In this document: in pieces, positions 35,201 to 44,717 of the stretch | Numbering within the stretch: position 1 is the first letter of the stretch | Layout of the letters: each line of letters starts with the position of its first letter | Virus record (IMG/VR): IMGVR_UViG_3300044490_000254 | Coordinates: 1-50,634 of that record | DNA length: 50,634 nt | Source of the DNA: a virus | Lineage: Duplodnaviria; Caudoviricetes | Reading direction: 5' to 3' (one strand) | Position numbers and translations under genes: made by a program | The notes under the pieces: generated by a model | The model's input: the letters and a program-made list of their open reading frames with translations, nothing else | What the model was told of the DNA's origin: nothing | Databases searched by the model: none

Positions 35201-37447
35201 AAGGGCATTGTCGATTCAACGGTGAAACTTATCGCGGTGTTGCCTGAACGATTGGCGGCTGAGCTGGATGTCTCGCTGTCCGCATTGGAAGCCTCTGGCC
35301 TGGAGATTGTAGACAAAACGTGGGCGGGCGGGAAGGCGGGCAAAAAGCTGAAGAAACGGGTCAAGGGGCTTGCTGATGAGGCCATCCGGGATATCGTGGA
35401 CGCGCTTGGTTTTGGGGACGTTGACCTGAAGGCGCTCGGCGGCGGCAAGCGAGGCGATGCGGCGAAGGGATTTGACGCGATGATGTCGGCTCTCGGGACC
35501 GTTTCGGCAGTCATCAAGGAGACCAATGCCGATCTGGACAACTATACCGGATCACTCGCCGACTTCACCAAAGCCACAATAGACTGGTTCAAGCAGTTCC
35601 AGCAAGAGGGCGAGTCGTTCGTCGACACGGTCAAGCGCGTGGGAGAGTCGGTCGGCAACATTGTCTCCCTCATGCGCCAGCTCGATCAGATGACCGATAC
35701 ATCACGCACGCTGCGGAATGCCATCGACGATCTCAATCGATCCGCAGAATCGATGATTGATGCCCTGACGGTGGCCGTGGAGAGCGAAAGCGGGCCGGAT
35801 GAAGTGCTGAAAGCCGCGCAAGCAGCTGTCGAAGCCGTCACAGTCGCACGGGATGCGGAGATTGATGCGATTACACAACTCCGTGACGCTGTGCAAGCGT
35901 TGAATACCGCACTGAACGACGGGCTTGATGCGTTTGTCGAACTTGAACAGCAGATTGCGGCACTCGGCGGCACCACGATGGCCACCGGAACCACGATCCC
36001 GCATATCGTGGAAGCGTTCAACGCAGCCATGGACGTGTCGCAACAGATTGCGCTCTGGTCTGCCGGGATGCGATTGGTTGTTGCGGAAGGCGGGAATCTG
36101 ATCGAGCAGATGCCGCTCATTGCTGCTGGATTCAACGAGATCATGTCCGGCATCCGGCAGATGACGAACGCGCAACAAGCCGTGGCAAATCTCAATGCTA
36201 CGGCAGCAGGCATCAACGCTGCGCTGAGTGCCGGAGTGGCTGCTATTCAGGCGCGGTATGCCTCGCTCCGGGAATCGGTACAGGGGCAAATTGACGTCCT
36301 CAAGTCCCAGCGGGACGCAATCGATGCCAGCTATGACGCGCAGCTCGACGGGTTGAAGGCCCAGCGGGACGCTGCTAGGGACCTTCATCGGGCTGAGCTG
36401 GATGCTCTCCGCGAGCAGATGGATCTCGCGCGGGAATGGCAGGTAATCGGGAGGAGTGCCAGGGATCAGCTTGTGGCGCTGTTCAATCTGCTAGCCCCAA
36501 CACACCCGTTGACCAGCCTGAATGAAATACGGGCGCAATTCGATGCAGCGCGAGCAGCGTTCGCGGCAAGTCCAACGACGGGCAACGCGGCAAAAGTCCA
36601 AGACCTTGCACAGCAATTGCTTCAACTGGCCCAGCAAACGCCTGGATTTGAATTACCGTCTAGCACATTTCAGAGCCTTGCTGCGGAGATTCAATCCACA
36701 TTGGACGCGATTGCTACATTTGCGGAGGGCCAATTATCTGTCGAGGACATTCAAGCCAAGATCGCTGATCTGGAATCGCAACAGGCCGCCAGTTTGGCCA
36801 GCATCGACGCGAAGATCGCCGAGGTCGAAGCTGCGCGGGATGCTGCGTTGGCAAAGATCGACCAACGCATTGCTGATGCTAATGCTGCATTGCAAGGCAC
36901 GCTGTCCGGCCTGTCCGCCCAGGAACAAGCCGAGATCAGGGCACTGCAGCAGGCAGCAGCCTCCGGACTGCAGCAGGTCCGCGATGAGCTAGGGCGTCGG
37001 TTGCTGGAACTGCAGGCGCAGCAGCAAGTCGCCCAGGATGCGCTTCAGGCTGTGCTTGGGGACAAGAGCTTCGAGCAGTACATCGCCGAGAAACAAGCGG
37101 AAGCCGCTGTCCTGCTCCGTGGAATCGACACGACCTTGAAGCAATATCTCGGGGCGATCCTCACAGCAATCGCGCCTAGGGCAACGGTTCTGGCAATGGC
37201 CGCTGGCGGGATTGTGACGCGGCCAACCAGAGCCTTGATAGGAGAGAATGGCCCCGAAGCGGTGGTTCCGCTCTCTCAATTCATGAATCGGGAGTCCCGC
37301 ATTGTGTTCGCGCCCAACATCGTCGTCAACGGACAGACGAACGCGCGGAAACTCGCGGACGAAATCGAGGATGCCCTGGTGGAGAAGATGCAGACCGGAA
37401 GCCGATTGCGCAACGCAACGCAAGCCCTGATAGAAAGGCGGAGATAA
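32261..37447 (+). CDS. Tape measure protein
   Basis: ~1730 aa, Ala/Leu/Gly-rich helical; N-terminal ITAEDQASG; C-terminal MAAGGIVTRPTRALIGENGPEAVVPL. Confidence 0.92.
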   Translation: MPQVTLTITAEDQASGPLSKIGEGLDALGKKSTEASGATDKLKDSTEKLGTTVTQTTGSMENLQRVTGAIAAGFASAKLTHFLRDIAETRARTEQLGIVMNVIAKQAGIMPGLADDLSKAMQKQGITAQEANSAVTKFIQSNLELAKALKLARGAQDAATISGENSSQSLQGLVHGIVTLQPEVLRTRGVIVTLEQELRKAAQTTGRTAQSFSGTEKQALVFAAVLRELEKLTGAYEASMTNASKQLKSMERYIEEAKEALGESLQPAYLAIILTINDFLKAVANADPVVLKFAVSIGILTTAIVSMAAAIAGFQILGLKTAFAALFTGPGLAVVAIAALVSIVVVFWEDLGKLYSRMTESAPWKAFSGFLSDASVTLKTFLRNIGLLNAEMDKLDAGKFEKRRKEIAHDALMNMLAQDTIRKATKDAADAKAAAEALEAEKVKKANKALESMIESLTIEMVKLREGEHAALRYKLSHGELAKGSEASKKKILDLTVALEVQKHVLEEAKKELEELAKATFVLSAGLLPKLTEQIVAHTSAEDLLAERVKKAIKGMSDEVDKAIPPLGSLSNAFGRVNKATMILSEDMERLDKQYGTNNINVRDAIALIDRMVKSEMDYIDALEALKKLTPLEADRARVDLLTKQRNLLEGVRAAVKDLNDPQALVEFDTMLLQISGTIKNLKDETVLWKQAFDGFFDILSLFGVKIGKLIIMLQAIPRALGGLEKIAGAIGGIIQLSAPAAAGAAELLPGLSQAESEIASLGQSAAVASGDLGIFGSLLGWASRLLSIFGGGLGTFGSKIGDLLIKMGVPAGAAGAIGRGAAGGMLGFGVGSFLGGPGAKYTGMLGGAVGSLAFGPVGGVIAAIVSSLAGKLSDIVTKSLWSGNKGAQIGGMIGTIVFPVIGTLLGGFLGSLFGKTPKATLAASVLPFNRSNIGREFADEGVRGTQIGPIMVDVGGNIMKNSKEHELQKQLAEALNKLFKGIVDSTVKLIAVLPERLAAELDVSLSALEASGLEIVDKTWAGGKAGKKLKKRVKGLADEAIRDIVDALGFGDVDLKALGGGKRGDAAKGFDAMMSALGTVSAVIKETNADLDNYTGSLADFTKATIDWFKQFQQEGESFVDTVKRVGESVGNIVSLMRQLDQMTDTSRTLRNAIDDLNRSAESMIDALTVAVESESGPDEVLKAAQAAVEAVTVARDAEIDAITQLRDAVQALNTALNDGLDAFVELEQQIAALGGTTMATGTTIPHIVEAFNAAMDVSQQIALWSAGMRLVVAEGGNLIEQMPLIAAGFNEIMSGIRQMTNAQQAVANLNATAAGINAALSAGVAAIQARYASLRESVQGQIDVLKSQRDAIDASYDAQLDGLKAQRDAARDLHRAELDALREQMDLAREWQVIGRSARDQLVALFNLLAPTHPLTSLNEIRAQFDAARAAFAASPTTGNAAKVQDLAQQLLQLAQQTPGFELPSSTFQSLAAEIQSTLDAIATFAEGQLSVEDIQAKIADLESQQAASLASIDAKIAEVEAARDAALAKIDQRIADANAALQGTLSGLSAQEQAEIRALQQAAASGLQQVRDELGRRLLELQAQQQVAQDALQAVLGDKSFEQYIAEKQAEAAVLLRGIDTTLKQYLGAILTAIAPRATVLAMAAGGIVTRPTRALIGENGPEAVVPLSQFMNRESRIVFAPNIVVNGQTNARKLADEIEDALVEKMQTGSRLRNATQALIERRR

Positions 37448-37450
37448 TCT

Positions 37451-38245
37451 ATGCCGTTCCGGACAGTGGGGTCGTTTTCGATGTTTACGGCATCGGCGAC
37501 TTCCCAAGACGGGAGCTTTCCGGCCACATTCATCAATTCTTACCCATACGCGCCGTTCCGCCTGTGGAAATCCGGGTCTGGTGGAACGCAGGATTTTACG
37601 CTGGATTTCGGCTCCGGACAACAAGTGAATTCCCTCCACGCGATACCAGCCATCTTCTTGGACAATCTGAACGTGTCGAGCCTGCTCATCCAAGGGAACA
37701 CCGCGACGGGATCGTGGGGTGCGCCGGCATGGGAAGTCGCGCGCGGAATCGAGACAGAACTCTACACGGGGCGCAAAAGGATCGCCGTTAAGTTTTCGGA
37801 CCTCGCGCCAAACAGCGCGATAGCGTTCCGATACCTGAATTTCCGGATCAATTCGCAAGCCCCGTCGAGCGGATCTGCATATCAGATTGGCACAATCCTT
37901 GTGGGGACAGCCCCTGATCTTGTAGCGGACCCGCTCTATGCCGTTGAACGGCAGCGCATTGATCCCGTGTCTGTTATTGAGTATCCCGACGGAGGGCGGG
38001 AGGTGCTGTCTACCGGTAACGCCCGGACGCGGTTGACCTTTCCGACGGAGGCGGTCGGCTCTTCTGAATTGACTGGATTGCTGGGCGTCGACCGGTTTGG
38101 CATGGCGCAGCCGTTCGTGCTGTGGGATGCGACCACCAGCGGCACCGCCGATGCATGGTTGGTGCGGCGCGTGGAACACCGTACGTGGACTGAGCGATTC
38201 TTGGCGCAATACGAGGGTTCGTGGGTGCTGGAGGAGGTTAGCTGA
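37451..38245 (+). CDS. Distal tail protein (probable)
   Basis: Directly follows the tape measure gene; beta-rich. Confidence 0.55.
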   Translation: MPFRTVGSFSMFTASATSQDGSFPATFINSYPYAPFRLWKSGSGGTQDFTLDFGSGQQVNSLHAIPAIFLDNLNVSSLLIQGNTATGSWGAPAWEVARGIETELYTGRKRIAVKFSDLAPNSAIAFRYLNFRINSQAPSSGSAYQIGTILVGTAPDLVADPLYAVERQRIDPVSVIEYPDGGREVLSTGNARTRLTFPTEAVGSSELTGLLGVDRFGMAQPFVLWDATTSGTADAWLVRRVEHRTWTERFLAQYEGSWVLEEVS

Positions 38246-38270
38246 TGCAGATATTGGAGAATAAGATCCT

Positions 38271-39089
38271 ATGACATACGTCGCAGATCGGGTCAAGGAA
38301 ACATCGACCACGACCGGCACCGGAACGATCAATCTGGATGGAGCCGCCTCGAAGTTTGTTGGCTTTGTAGCAGGAATCGGGTCCGGCAACGTCTGCTATT
38401 ACTCGATTGTCCACCAATCGGCCGCAGAGTGGGAAGTCGGCATTGGGACCGTGACCGATGCGACACCAGACACCCTCTCCCGCACGACGGTCCTCGCCAG
38501 CTCAAATGCCGGATCGCTCGTCAACTTCTCCGCCGGAACGAAGGACGTCTTTGTCACGATTCCGGCGCAGGCGATTGCCGGCAAGCAGAATCTGTGGGTT
38601 GGTGCCGGAGAAATGCTCCCCCGGATCACCAATGGTCCGTCGCGGGGCGACACGGAAATGACCACCAACAAGAACAACATTGAGACGCTCGATTTCGACC
38701 AGACAACCCAGGAATTCGCGCAATTCACGCGGAGAATGTCGAAGTCCTGGAATCGGGGGACCATAACATTCTTTCCGTACTGGACGGCGGCGTCTGGTTC
38801 CGGTGGAGTTGTCTGGGCACTTCAGGCGATCTCTACTGGCAATGACGATGCGATGGATGTTGCGTTTGGGACAGAGCAGACCTCGACCGACACATTTATC
38901 GTGGCGAATGACTGGCATGAGGGGCCGGAGTCGGCAGCGATCACGGTTGGAGGAACTCCGGCTTCTGCTGACGGAGTGATGTTCCAGATCAAGCGGAACC
39001 CGTCAGATGGTTCAGACACCCTAAATGCCGATGCGAAACTGATCGGGATTATCGTGGTCTGGACAGCCGAGAAAGGTAGCGACGACTGA
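38271..39089 (+). CDS. Tail fibre / virion protein
   Basis: ADRVKETSTTTGTG..WEVGIGT..LSRTTVLASSN..NFSAGTKDVFVT, a recurring phage fibre N-terminus. Confidence 0.7.
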   Translation: MTYVADRVKETSTTTGTGTINLDGAASKFVGFVAGIGSGNVCYYSIVHQSAAEWEVGIGTVTDATPDTLSRTTVLASSNAGSLVNFSAGTKDVFVTIPAQAIAGKQNLWVGAGEMLPRITNGPSRGDTEMTTNKNNIETLDFDQTTQEFAQFTRRMSKSWNRGTITFFPYWTAASGSGGVVWALQAISTGNDDAMDVAFGTEQTSTDTFIVANDWHEGPESAAITVGGTPASADGVMFQIKRNPSDGSDTLNADAKLIGIIVVWTAEKGSDD

Positions 39090-39913
39090 TGTTGCTCACG
39101 TTACCTAGAACAGGCCGACTCTCTTACGGTCACACCGAACTAATCCACACCATCCGGCGGTGCGGGTTGACGAGCGGATTAAAACTCTGCCTCGATGCGG
39201 GAGATGCGAACAGTTACAGCGGGTCCGGCCAGTCATGGTTGGATACGAGCGGAAACGGCTACGACTTCTTCCGAGGGGCGACGAGCGCATCTGCGGCGGA
39301 CGATCCGACGTTCAACGGCACCGCAGGGCGGCGGAGCAGCGGCGAGTACTGGTCGTTCGATGGCGGGGACTTTTTCCGGTACGACTCCGCCAACGAGACG
39401 TGGATGAACAATTTGCACAAGGACAACGCAATCTTCTCGGCGGCAGCGTGGGTGTATGTGGTGAATGTAGCAGCCGGGAATGATGGGTCCGTCTTCGGGA
39501 CGTGCGATCATGCTGTAACAAATGGGGTGAAGTTTATACTGGACGAGAACGAGCTGCCGTACATCGCCGTCTGGTCAACCACTGGAAGCGTGTTGATCAG
39601 TGGCACTGGCACATCCTTGGGTCTCAATGCGTGGCATTTTATGTCTGTGTCGCTGGATGAAGCGGTAGGAGCGAACGGCGGGCGTTTTGTCATCGATGGG
39701 ACGACGACCACATTCACCAGCACCTATACAAGTCCCGGAACAGGGGCAGCGGGCTATACAATGGAGATCGGCGCGGGCGGTAATGCCGCAGCAGCGGGAA
39801 TGATGCCGTCAGGGACTCGGATGGGGATGCTGGCGATATGGGAAGGGGCAGTACTCACGCAAACACAACTGCTCGCCCTCTATCAGGCGACGCGAGGGAG
39901 GTTTGGGGTCTAA
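39089..39913 (+). CDS. LamG/ConA-like domain virion protein (possible receptor binding)
   Basis: GLKLCLDAGDANSYSGSG..W.DTSGNG, FSAAAWV, WHFMSV, LT..Q..ALY.A.RGRFG. Confidence 0.8.
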   Translation: MLLTLPRTGRLSYGHTELIHTIRRCGLTSGLKLCLDAGDANSYSGSGQSWLDTSGNGYDFFRGATSASAADDPTFNGTAGRRSSGEYWSFDGGDFFRYDSANETWMNNLHKDNAIFSAAAWVYVVNVAAGNDGSVFGTCDHAVTNGVKFILDENELPYIAVWSTTGSVLISGTGTSLGLNAWHFMSVSLDEAVGANGGRFVIDGTTTTFTSTYTSPGTGAAGYTMEIGAGGNAAAAGMMPSGTRMGMLAIWEGAVLTQTQLLALYQATRGRFGV

Positions 39914-40221
39914 TGTATGCGATACTCAATCCAGACGGATCATTCGCCGAATTGCGCGAGGGCGAGATCGGCCCTGGCGAGAACACGCAGAATCGGACGA
40001 AGCGGTATGCGGTGCCATATTCTCAGACAAAGCCGACGCTGCAGGCGGGTGAGGAGCATGTCTTGAGTCAGCGTCAAGTGACTGCGGATTCAGTGACGGA
40101 TGTGTTTTTGGTACAAGCCATTGCTTCGCTTCCGAAGAGCGACGCCGAAGTGTTGATCGCAACTTTGATCCGCAAAAGGGTTGTAACGCGAGCAGAAGTT
40201 GACGCGGAGAGGCTTCGCTAA
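39913..40221 (+). CDS. Hypothetical tail-associated protein
   Basis: TAATG overlap with the upstream gene. Confidence 0.6.
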   Translation: MYAILNPDGSFAELREGEIGPGENTQNRTKRYAVPYSQTKPTLQAGEEHVLSQRQVTADSVTDVFLVQAIASLPKSDAEVLIATLIRKRVVTRAEVDAERLR

Positions 40222-40707
40222 ATGCTCGGTCATCATTCCATCAGTGAGGCTCCGCTCTCGACTGAGAGTGATACAGGCCCCGCTAGTGTCAGCGCGACTG
40301 ATCTGGAAGCGATCCTGTTTGTCGATAGAGTTGTCGCCGCCATTCCCTTTTCATATCGAATCCAAAACGACCCGATATTATTGAGAGACACCATTTTGTC
40401 TCTGGTGTATATTCCTCCGAAAACAGTTTTAGAATCACCTGCGCTTACAGATATTATTGTCCGCAATCTCATTGCCAGACGATTGGCAGCAGACAGCCCA
40501 GAGATTGTAGATATCATTCGTGCGGCGATTCTCCGAGCGCGCGGCATCGTGGACAACACGGGACCGTTTCGCGATACATGGTCCACGGGGCTGTCCCTTC
40601 AGCCAACCACTATTGCCAACAAATCCAGACCGCTTGCGGCCCCACGGTGGTTATTGGCGTTGGATGGGCAACGCTACAGCTCTGAAGATCTGGAATCCAA
40701 TGTCTGA
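40222..40707 (+). CDS. Hypothetical virion protein
   Basis: MLGHHSISEAPLS N-terminus; abuts the upstream stop. Confidence 0.6.
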   Translation: MLGHHSISEAPLSTESDTGPASVSATDLEAILFVDRVVAAIPFSYRIQNDPILLRDTILSLVYIPPKTVLESPALTDIIVRNLIARRLAADSPEIVDIIRAAILRARGIVDNTGPFRDTWSTGLSLQPTTIANKSRPLAAPRWLLALDGQRYSSEDLESNV

Positions 40708-40726
40708 TAAGGAAGGACGGCGATAG

Positions 40727-43126
40727 ATGAGTTTTTACGGACGCCGTATTCTCAACGCAGAGGACATCGAGGTCCGCCATGCGCTGTCCGATCCGTTGGG
40801 CGGCATCGTCACGCCCGAGGACGTGGTAATAAAGCTGTCGAACACTGACGGCTATTTCAACGCCACGGATCTGCGCGGACAGGCGATAGACCTGACGCGG
40901 TTTGATCGCACGGACAGCGAATCGGCGCTGGAGTTGTCTGGGATCATCGCGGAACAGTCCATCTCGGATGAGCAGGCCATGATCCGGGTTGTGAGCCAAG
41001 ACCAAGACGTCCTTCAAACGCTTATCCCCCGACGGACGGTCACGGCATCCTTGTTCTCGTTGGCGCATGCAGACCAGGGATTGGGGCGGACAGTCCCTGT
41101 TCTTTTTGGGAGGGTCGCCAGCCCGTACCCGCTCCCGTATGTCACGGACAATACCACCTCCAACGCTTATGACTACTTGATCGGCGAAGGGGCCAGCTAC
41201 ACCAATGTCTCGCTGTATCGGGACACCATCGGGGATATCCTGTCGCTGGTCTCCTCCACGGAATACACGCTGAATTCTTCGGCCTATTCCGGGTTCCTGG
41301 TCGCGCGGTTCCCGTTGCGACAAGCAAAGTTCGGGGGAGGCCTGCATGCGCTATACGCCACGGCCACCGGACTCACAACGGAGCAGAACTTCGCGCAGGC
41401 GATCCGCACAACGCTCGTCAACTCAGCCTGGGGGCTGCGCCAGGCAGTGGACGAGCCAAGCTTCTCGAATGTGTCATCTGTATTGGTGACTGTCGGATCT
41501 CTTTCCTGCGACGGCGCTCTGATAGAACCCCGTCCTGCGATTGATGTGCTGAATCAACTGCTCTCCGTGCGCGGGATGTCCCTGAGCAAAACCACGAGCA
41601 GCAACTGGACACTGAAAATCGATCAAGGGTCCGCGCAGCCAGTCTACGTCGCGAATTTCGGCCATGGGCCGGGACAGCACTGGAACAACGTGAGCCAGTT
41701 CGACGGGATCCAGCGCACCCCGATCCGGGAAACCGTCTCCCACTTGTCACTGGATTACGCAAAGGATTATCGGGCCAGGATCTATCGGTCGACTGTGACG
41801 CGATCCGGGTTGAGCCTCGGGCGGGAGCGGCGAATCCAGAACGACTTCATCCAGACCGGCGTCACCGCAGACAAGACGGTGGATTACCTTGCCAAGCGTC
41901 TTATCCAGAGCGACCAATCTATTTCGTTCGTGGCGGGGCAGGAGGCTCGTGATGTGCAAGTCGGGGATCTCATCCTCTATACCGCACCACGATTGGGCAT
42001 CACGCAGCAGGTGTTCAGGGTCACGGAACTGACGAGGCGATTAGACGGCACCCGCGTGAGGGGCGAGGGATGGGCCAGCTCGATTTACAGCTACACGATC
42101 ACCGGATCGATCCCTCCTGATGTCACGGTACCAGTTGAGAGCCTTTGGTCTGTCACGACGCCATCCGCCGTCACCAGCCTGTCGATTGTGGGCTCAGGTG
42201 TCCTTGCGGATGGGCAGGGCGGGTTTTCCGCATTCCAGACGCTCCAGTATAATGTCGCCAGCGAAAGCTACGCGCAGACGATAGTCCGGTACAGCACCAC
42301 AGGGAATTCCCGCTGGATGACGGTGGCGGTCGATCAGGGGATGGGAAGCAATCTATCGACCCGCATCGACGGATTGATCACCGGACAGGCCTATGACTAT
42401 CGCGTGAGCAGAATCAACCTGCTGAATCCAATGCTATTTCAGAATGTCGATCTCACGAACCGCACGGCTCCTGCGGATGCGTCGGGTCCGGCAGCGCCGA
42501 CGGCTTTGGCAATTACGGATCAGCACCTCAAATCCATTTCATTCGAGTGGACCGCTCCGGCGGATAAGGATGTGGCGTATTATCAGTGGGAAATTCGCAC
42601 TGCAGCCAGCGGAGGAGGCTCGCTGGTCGATAGCGGAAACACGGAAGGTCCAGGAACGAAAGTCAGCCTCACACTCAACCAGATTGCCTACTCAACCACG
42701 CGCTATCTTCGGGTGAGAGCCGTCGATTGGTCCGGAAATACGGGAAGCTATTCATCCAGCCTGTCGTTCAGCTTCAGCAAAGTCGTCACGGGCGATGTGG
42801 GCAGCGGGCAGATCACGGGGACCGAGATCAGCACAGGTGGAGTGCAAACTGGGAATGTCGCCGGGAATGCCGTGACGACGGCGAAACGACAACTCGTGAA
42901 TTCGCAATCTTCGACACTTTCATGCACGACGGGTGCGCTCACCACGTTTACATTCACTGTGGGTACTGGCGCAGTCAATATGGTGACGGCGTTTGCACAG
43001 GTCTCATCCGTCTATGCCAACATCTCGGTTTATATCTATGATAATGTTGAATCTCAAATTCAAGTTCGCGTGTTTAACAATTCTGGAACAACTACCAATG
43101 TACAAGTGGACATTTTTTACTGGTAA
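40727..43126 (+). CDS. Tail tip/hub protein with fibronectin type III domains
   Basis: GRTVPVLFG, VQVGDLI; FN3-like GLITGQAYDYRV and PAAPTAL..FEWTAP..YLRVRAVDWSGNTG. Confidence 0.75.
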   Translation: MSFYGRRILNAEDIEVRHALSDPLGGIVTPEDVVIKLSNTDGYFNATDLRGQAIDLTRFDRTDSESALELSGIIAEQSISDEQAMIRVVSQDQDVLQTLIPRRTVTASLFSLAHADQGLGRTVPVLFGRVASPYPLPYVTDNTTSNAYDYLIGEGASYTNVSLYRDTIGDILSLVSSTEYTLNSSAYSGFLVARFPLRQAKFGGGLHALYATATGLTTEQNFAQAIRTTLVNSAWGLRQAVDEPSFSNVSSVLVTVGSLSCDGALIEPRPAIDVLNQLLSVRGMSLSKTTSSNWTLKIDQGSAQPVYVANFGHGPGQHWNNVSQFDGIQRTPIRETVSHLSLDYAKDYRARIYRSTVTRSGLSLGRERRIQNDFIQTGVTADKTVDYLAKRLIQSDQSISFVAGQEARDVQVGDLILYTAPRLGITQQVFRVTELTRRLDGTRVRGEGWASSIYSYTITGSIPPDVTVPVESLWSVTTPSAVTSLSIVGSGVLADGQGGFSAFQTLQYNVASESYAQTIVRYSTTGNSRWMTVAVDQGMGSNLSTRIDGLITGQAYDYRVSRINLLNPMLFQNVDLTNRTAPADASGPAAPTALAITDQHLKSISFEWTAPADKDVAYYQWEIRTAASGGGSLVDSGNTEGPGTKVSLTLNQIAYSTTRYLRVRAVDWSGNTGSYSSSLSFSFSKVVTGDVGSGQITGTEISTGGVQTGNVAGNAVTTAKRQLVNSQSSTLSCTTGALTTFTFTVGTGAVNMVTAFAQVSSVYANISVYIYDNVESQIQVRVFNNSGTTTNVQVDIFYW

Positions 43127-43138
43127 AGGAGTGGTGTC

Positions 43139-43405
43139 ATGCGTTGCGGAGTGCTGTGCGATAAAGACGGGAATATCAAGCGGCGATGGTCGCTTGTGAA
43201 CGACAGTATGCAGATTGCACTAGAAGCGGATGGGGATGAGACGATTGAATGGATTATCGACCACGGACAGCCTGAAGACACGGATAGTGTGCGCAGCGAA
43301 AAGATCGCGGCGGCTGTAAGCGCGCAGCGGCGTATTTCGACGTTGCAAAACAAGCAGGATACAATTGCTCTACGGAACGAGACAGAGCAAAAGGACCGCG
43401 CGTGA
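43139..43405 (+). CDS. Hypothetical protein
   Basis: AAGGAG RBS. Confidence 0.6.
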   Translation: MRCGVLCDKDGNIKRRWSLVNDSMQIALEADGDETIEWIIDHGQPEDTDSVRSEKIAAAVSAQRRISTLQNKQDTIALRNETEQKDRA

Positions 43406-44142
43406 CTGCCGCACGGACACTTATGTCGATCTCAGTGGTGCGTTGGTTGATTCTTATGATTGTGTGGGGTCTGGTTGGGGCATCTCCTGCCTGGAGCACG
43501 ACGGGTGAGGTGTTGCCGAGGCTTGCGGTCGTCGGACGGGGAGAATTAAATCCAATTGAGCAGGCCGTGCTGCAGGGGCTTCTTGTTCGTGTGCCGCGTC
43601 GCCTCTACGCGAATCTGCGGGAGATTCATCTTGACGGCGCGGGGTTCGATCCGCAGGCGATGGATATGATCAACTGCGTCTCGGGGCGGAACTTGCATGG
43701 GGTCTGCGCCCATGAACTCGGCCATCAGATCGACGTGGCTGCGCCGACATGGATACACGCCTGGGCGACAGAATTGATCGCCGAAGCCGGATGCGAACCG
43801 TCGGCCTATGTGCGGTCGATGCTCCCGCGCTGCTATTTTCAAACATTTCCGCAGGAATTTATCGCGTCCATGGTCGGGGAGTGGCTGACCGACTCTCGGG
43901 CGATGATGGAACGGGCACTGGCGCAGCACCGTCTCGGCAATCATTCGCCGTTGAATCAGCTTATCCTTGTCATGGCCCTATTCGGACAGGATGGGTTTGT
44001 CCTTGCTTATGCTCCAGGTCAGTATGGCTCGCTCGTCTCACCGTGGCATGTCTGGCCGTGGCAGTGCGAGGGGTCGCACTGGATCATCTCAGCGAGTGAA
44101 ACATGGCAAATAGAGTTGAATGCGGCATGTCGAGTACAGTAA
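43402..44142 (+). CDS. Exported zincin-like metalloprotein
   Basis: Hydrophobic N-terminal signal ending SPAWS; HELGH; downstream QEFIA. Confidence 0.6.
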   Translation: MTAARTLMSISVVRWLILMIVWGLVGASPAWSTTGEVLPRLAVVGRGELNPIEQAVLQGLLVRVPRRLYANLREIHLDGAGFDPQAMDMINCVSGRNLHGVCAHELGHQIDVAAPTWIHAWATELIAEAGCEPSAYVRSMLPRCYFQTFPQEFIASMVGEWLTDSRAMMERALAQHRLGNHSPLNQLILVMALFGQDGFVLAYAPGQYGSLVSPWHVWPWQCEGSHWIISASETWQIELNAACRVQ

Positions 44143-44283
44143 TGCCGATCAGTTGGGGCGATGCGCTTGGCCGTTCCTACCCGTGCGATGTGAAGGCCTG
44201 CCCTTTCATGCGAGCGTCCACGATGACGCCATTACCATGTGAGACATGCATCGGTCTGTGTACCGAAGAAGGGATTCTGCGTG

Positions 44284-44571
44284 GTGAATCATGATGATGA
44301 AAACTCAGTAGATGTAGAACGACGCATTGCGTTGGGCGAGCGGCTGGCTCGCATTGAAACTCGCTTGGGCGCAATTGAAGATCATCTCCTATCGTTCGCT
44401 CGTTGTCCGCATCAGCGCAAGGATGGATCGTGTGAATTGGGAGAGAAAGTGTATGAACTGAAAGAATGGGCATGGCAGGCCAAGGGCGTGATGATCGCCG
44501 TTGGATTCCTGAGTACACTCTTTGGCGGTGCGATTGCCGCAATGATTGTGAAACTGTGGAGTGACAAATGA
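44284..44571 (+). CDS. Coiled-coil protein with C-terminal TM helix (holin/XhlA-like)
   Basis: ERLARIETRL, then GVMIAVGFLSTLFGGAIAAMIV. Confidence 0.55.
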   Translation: MNHDDENSVDVERRIALGERLARIETRLGAIEDHLLSFARCPHQRKDGSCELGEKVYELKEWAWQAKGVMIAVGFLSTLFGGAIAAMIVKLWSDK

Positions 44572-44717
44572 CGAGATTATGCTGGTTGGTGCTGATCCTG
44601 CTTTTTACTGGATGTGCGCCCTTGAGTATTGTAGATACTGCGAAAGGCTTTTGGTGTATCGTGACCGAATGCGACGAGACAGACACCACTCACGATTCGG
44701 ATGGGACACGCAAATGA
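44568..44717 (+). CDS. 49-aa lipoprotein (not in the ORF track)
   Basis: MTRLCWLVLILLFTGC lipobox; ATGA overlaps at both ends. Confidence 0.65.
   Translation: MTRLCWLVLILLFTGCAPLSIVDTAKGFWCIVTECDETDTTHDSDGTRK

Noticed and set aside
36300-36375. Short repeat CCCAGCGGGACGC in the tape measure gene
   Set aside because: It reflects ordinary helical peptide periodicity (QRDA) of tape measure proteins.
44561-44713. N-terminal extension of the 321-aa ORF 44561-45526
   Set aside because: Better explained by a separate lipoprotein gene at 44568-44717 and a true start at 44714 that exposes a lipobox.
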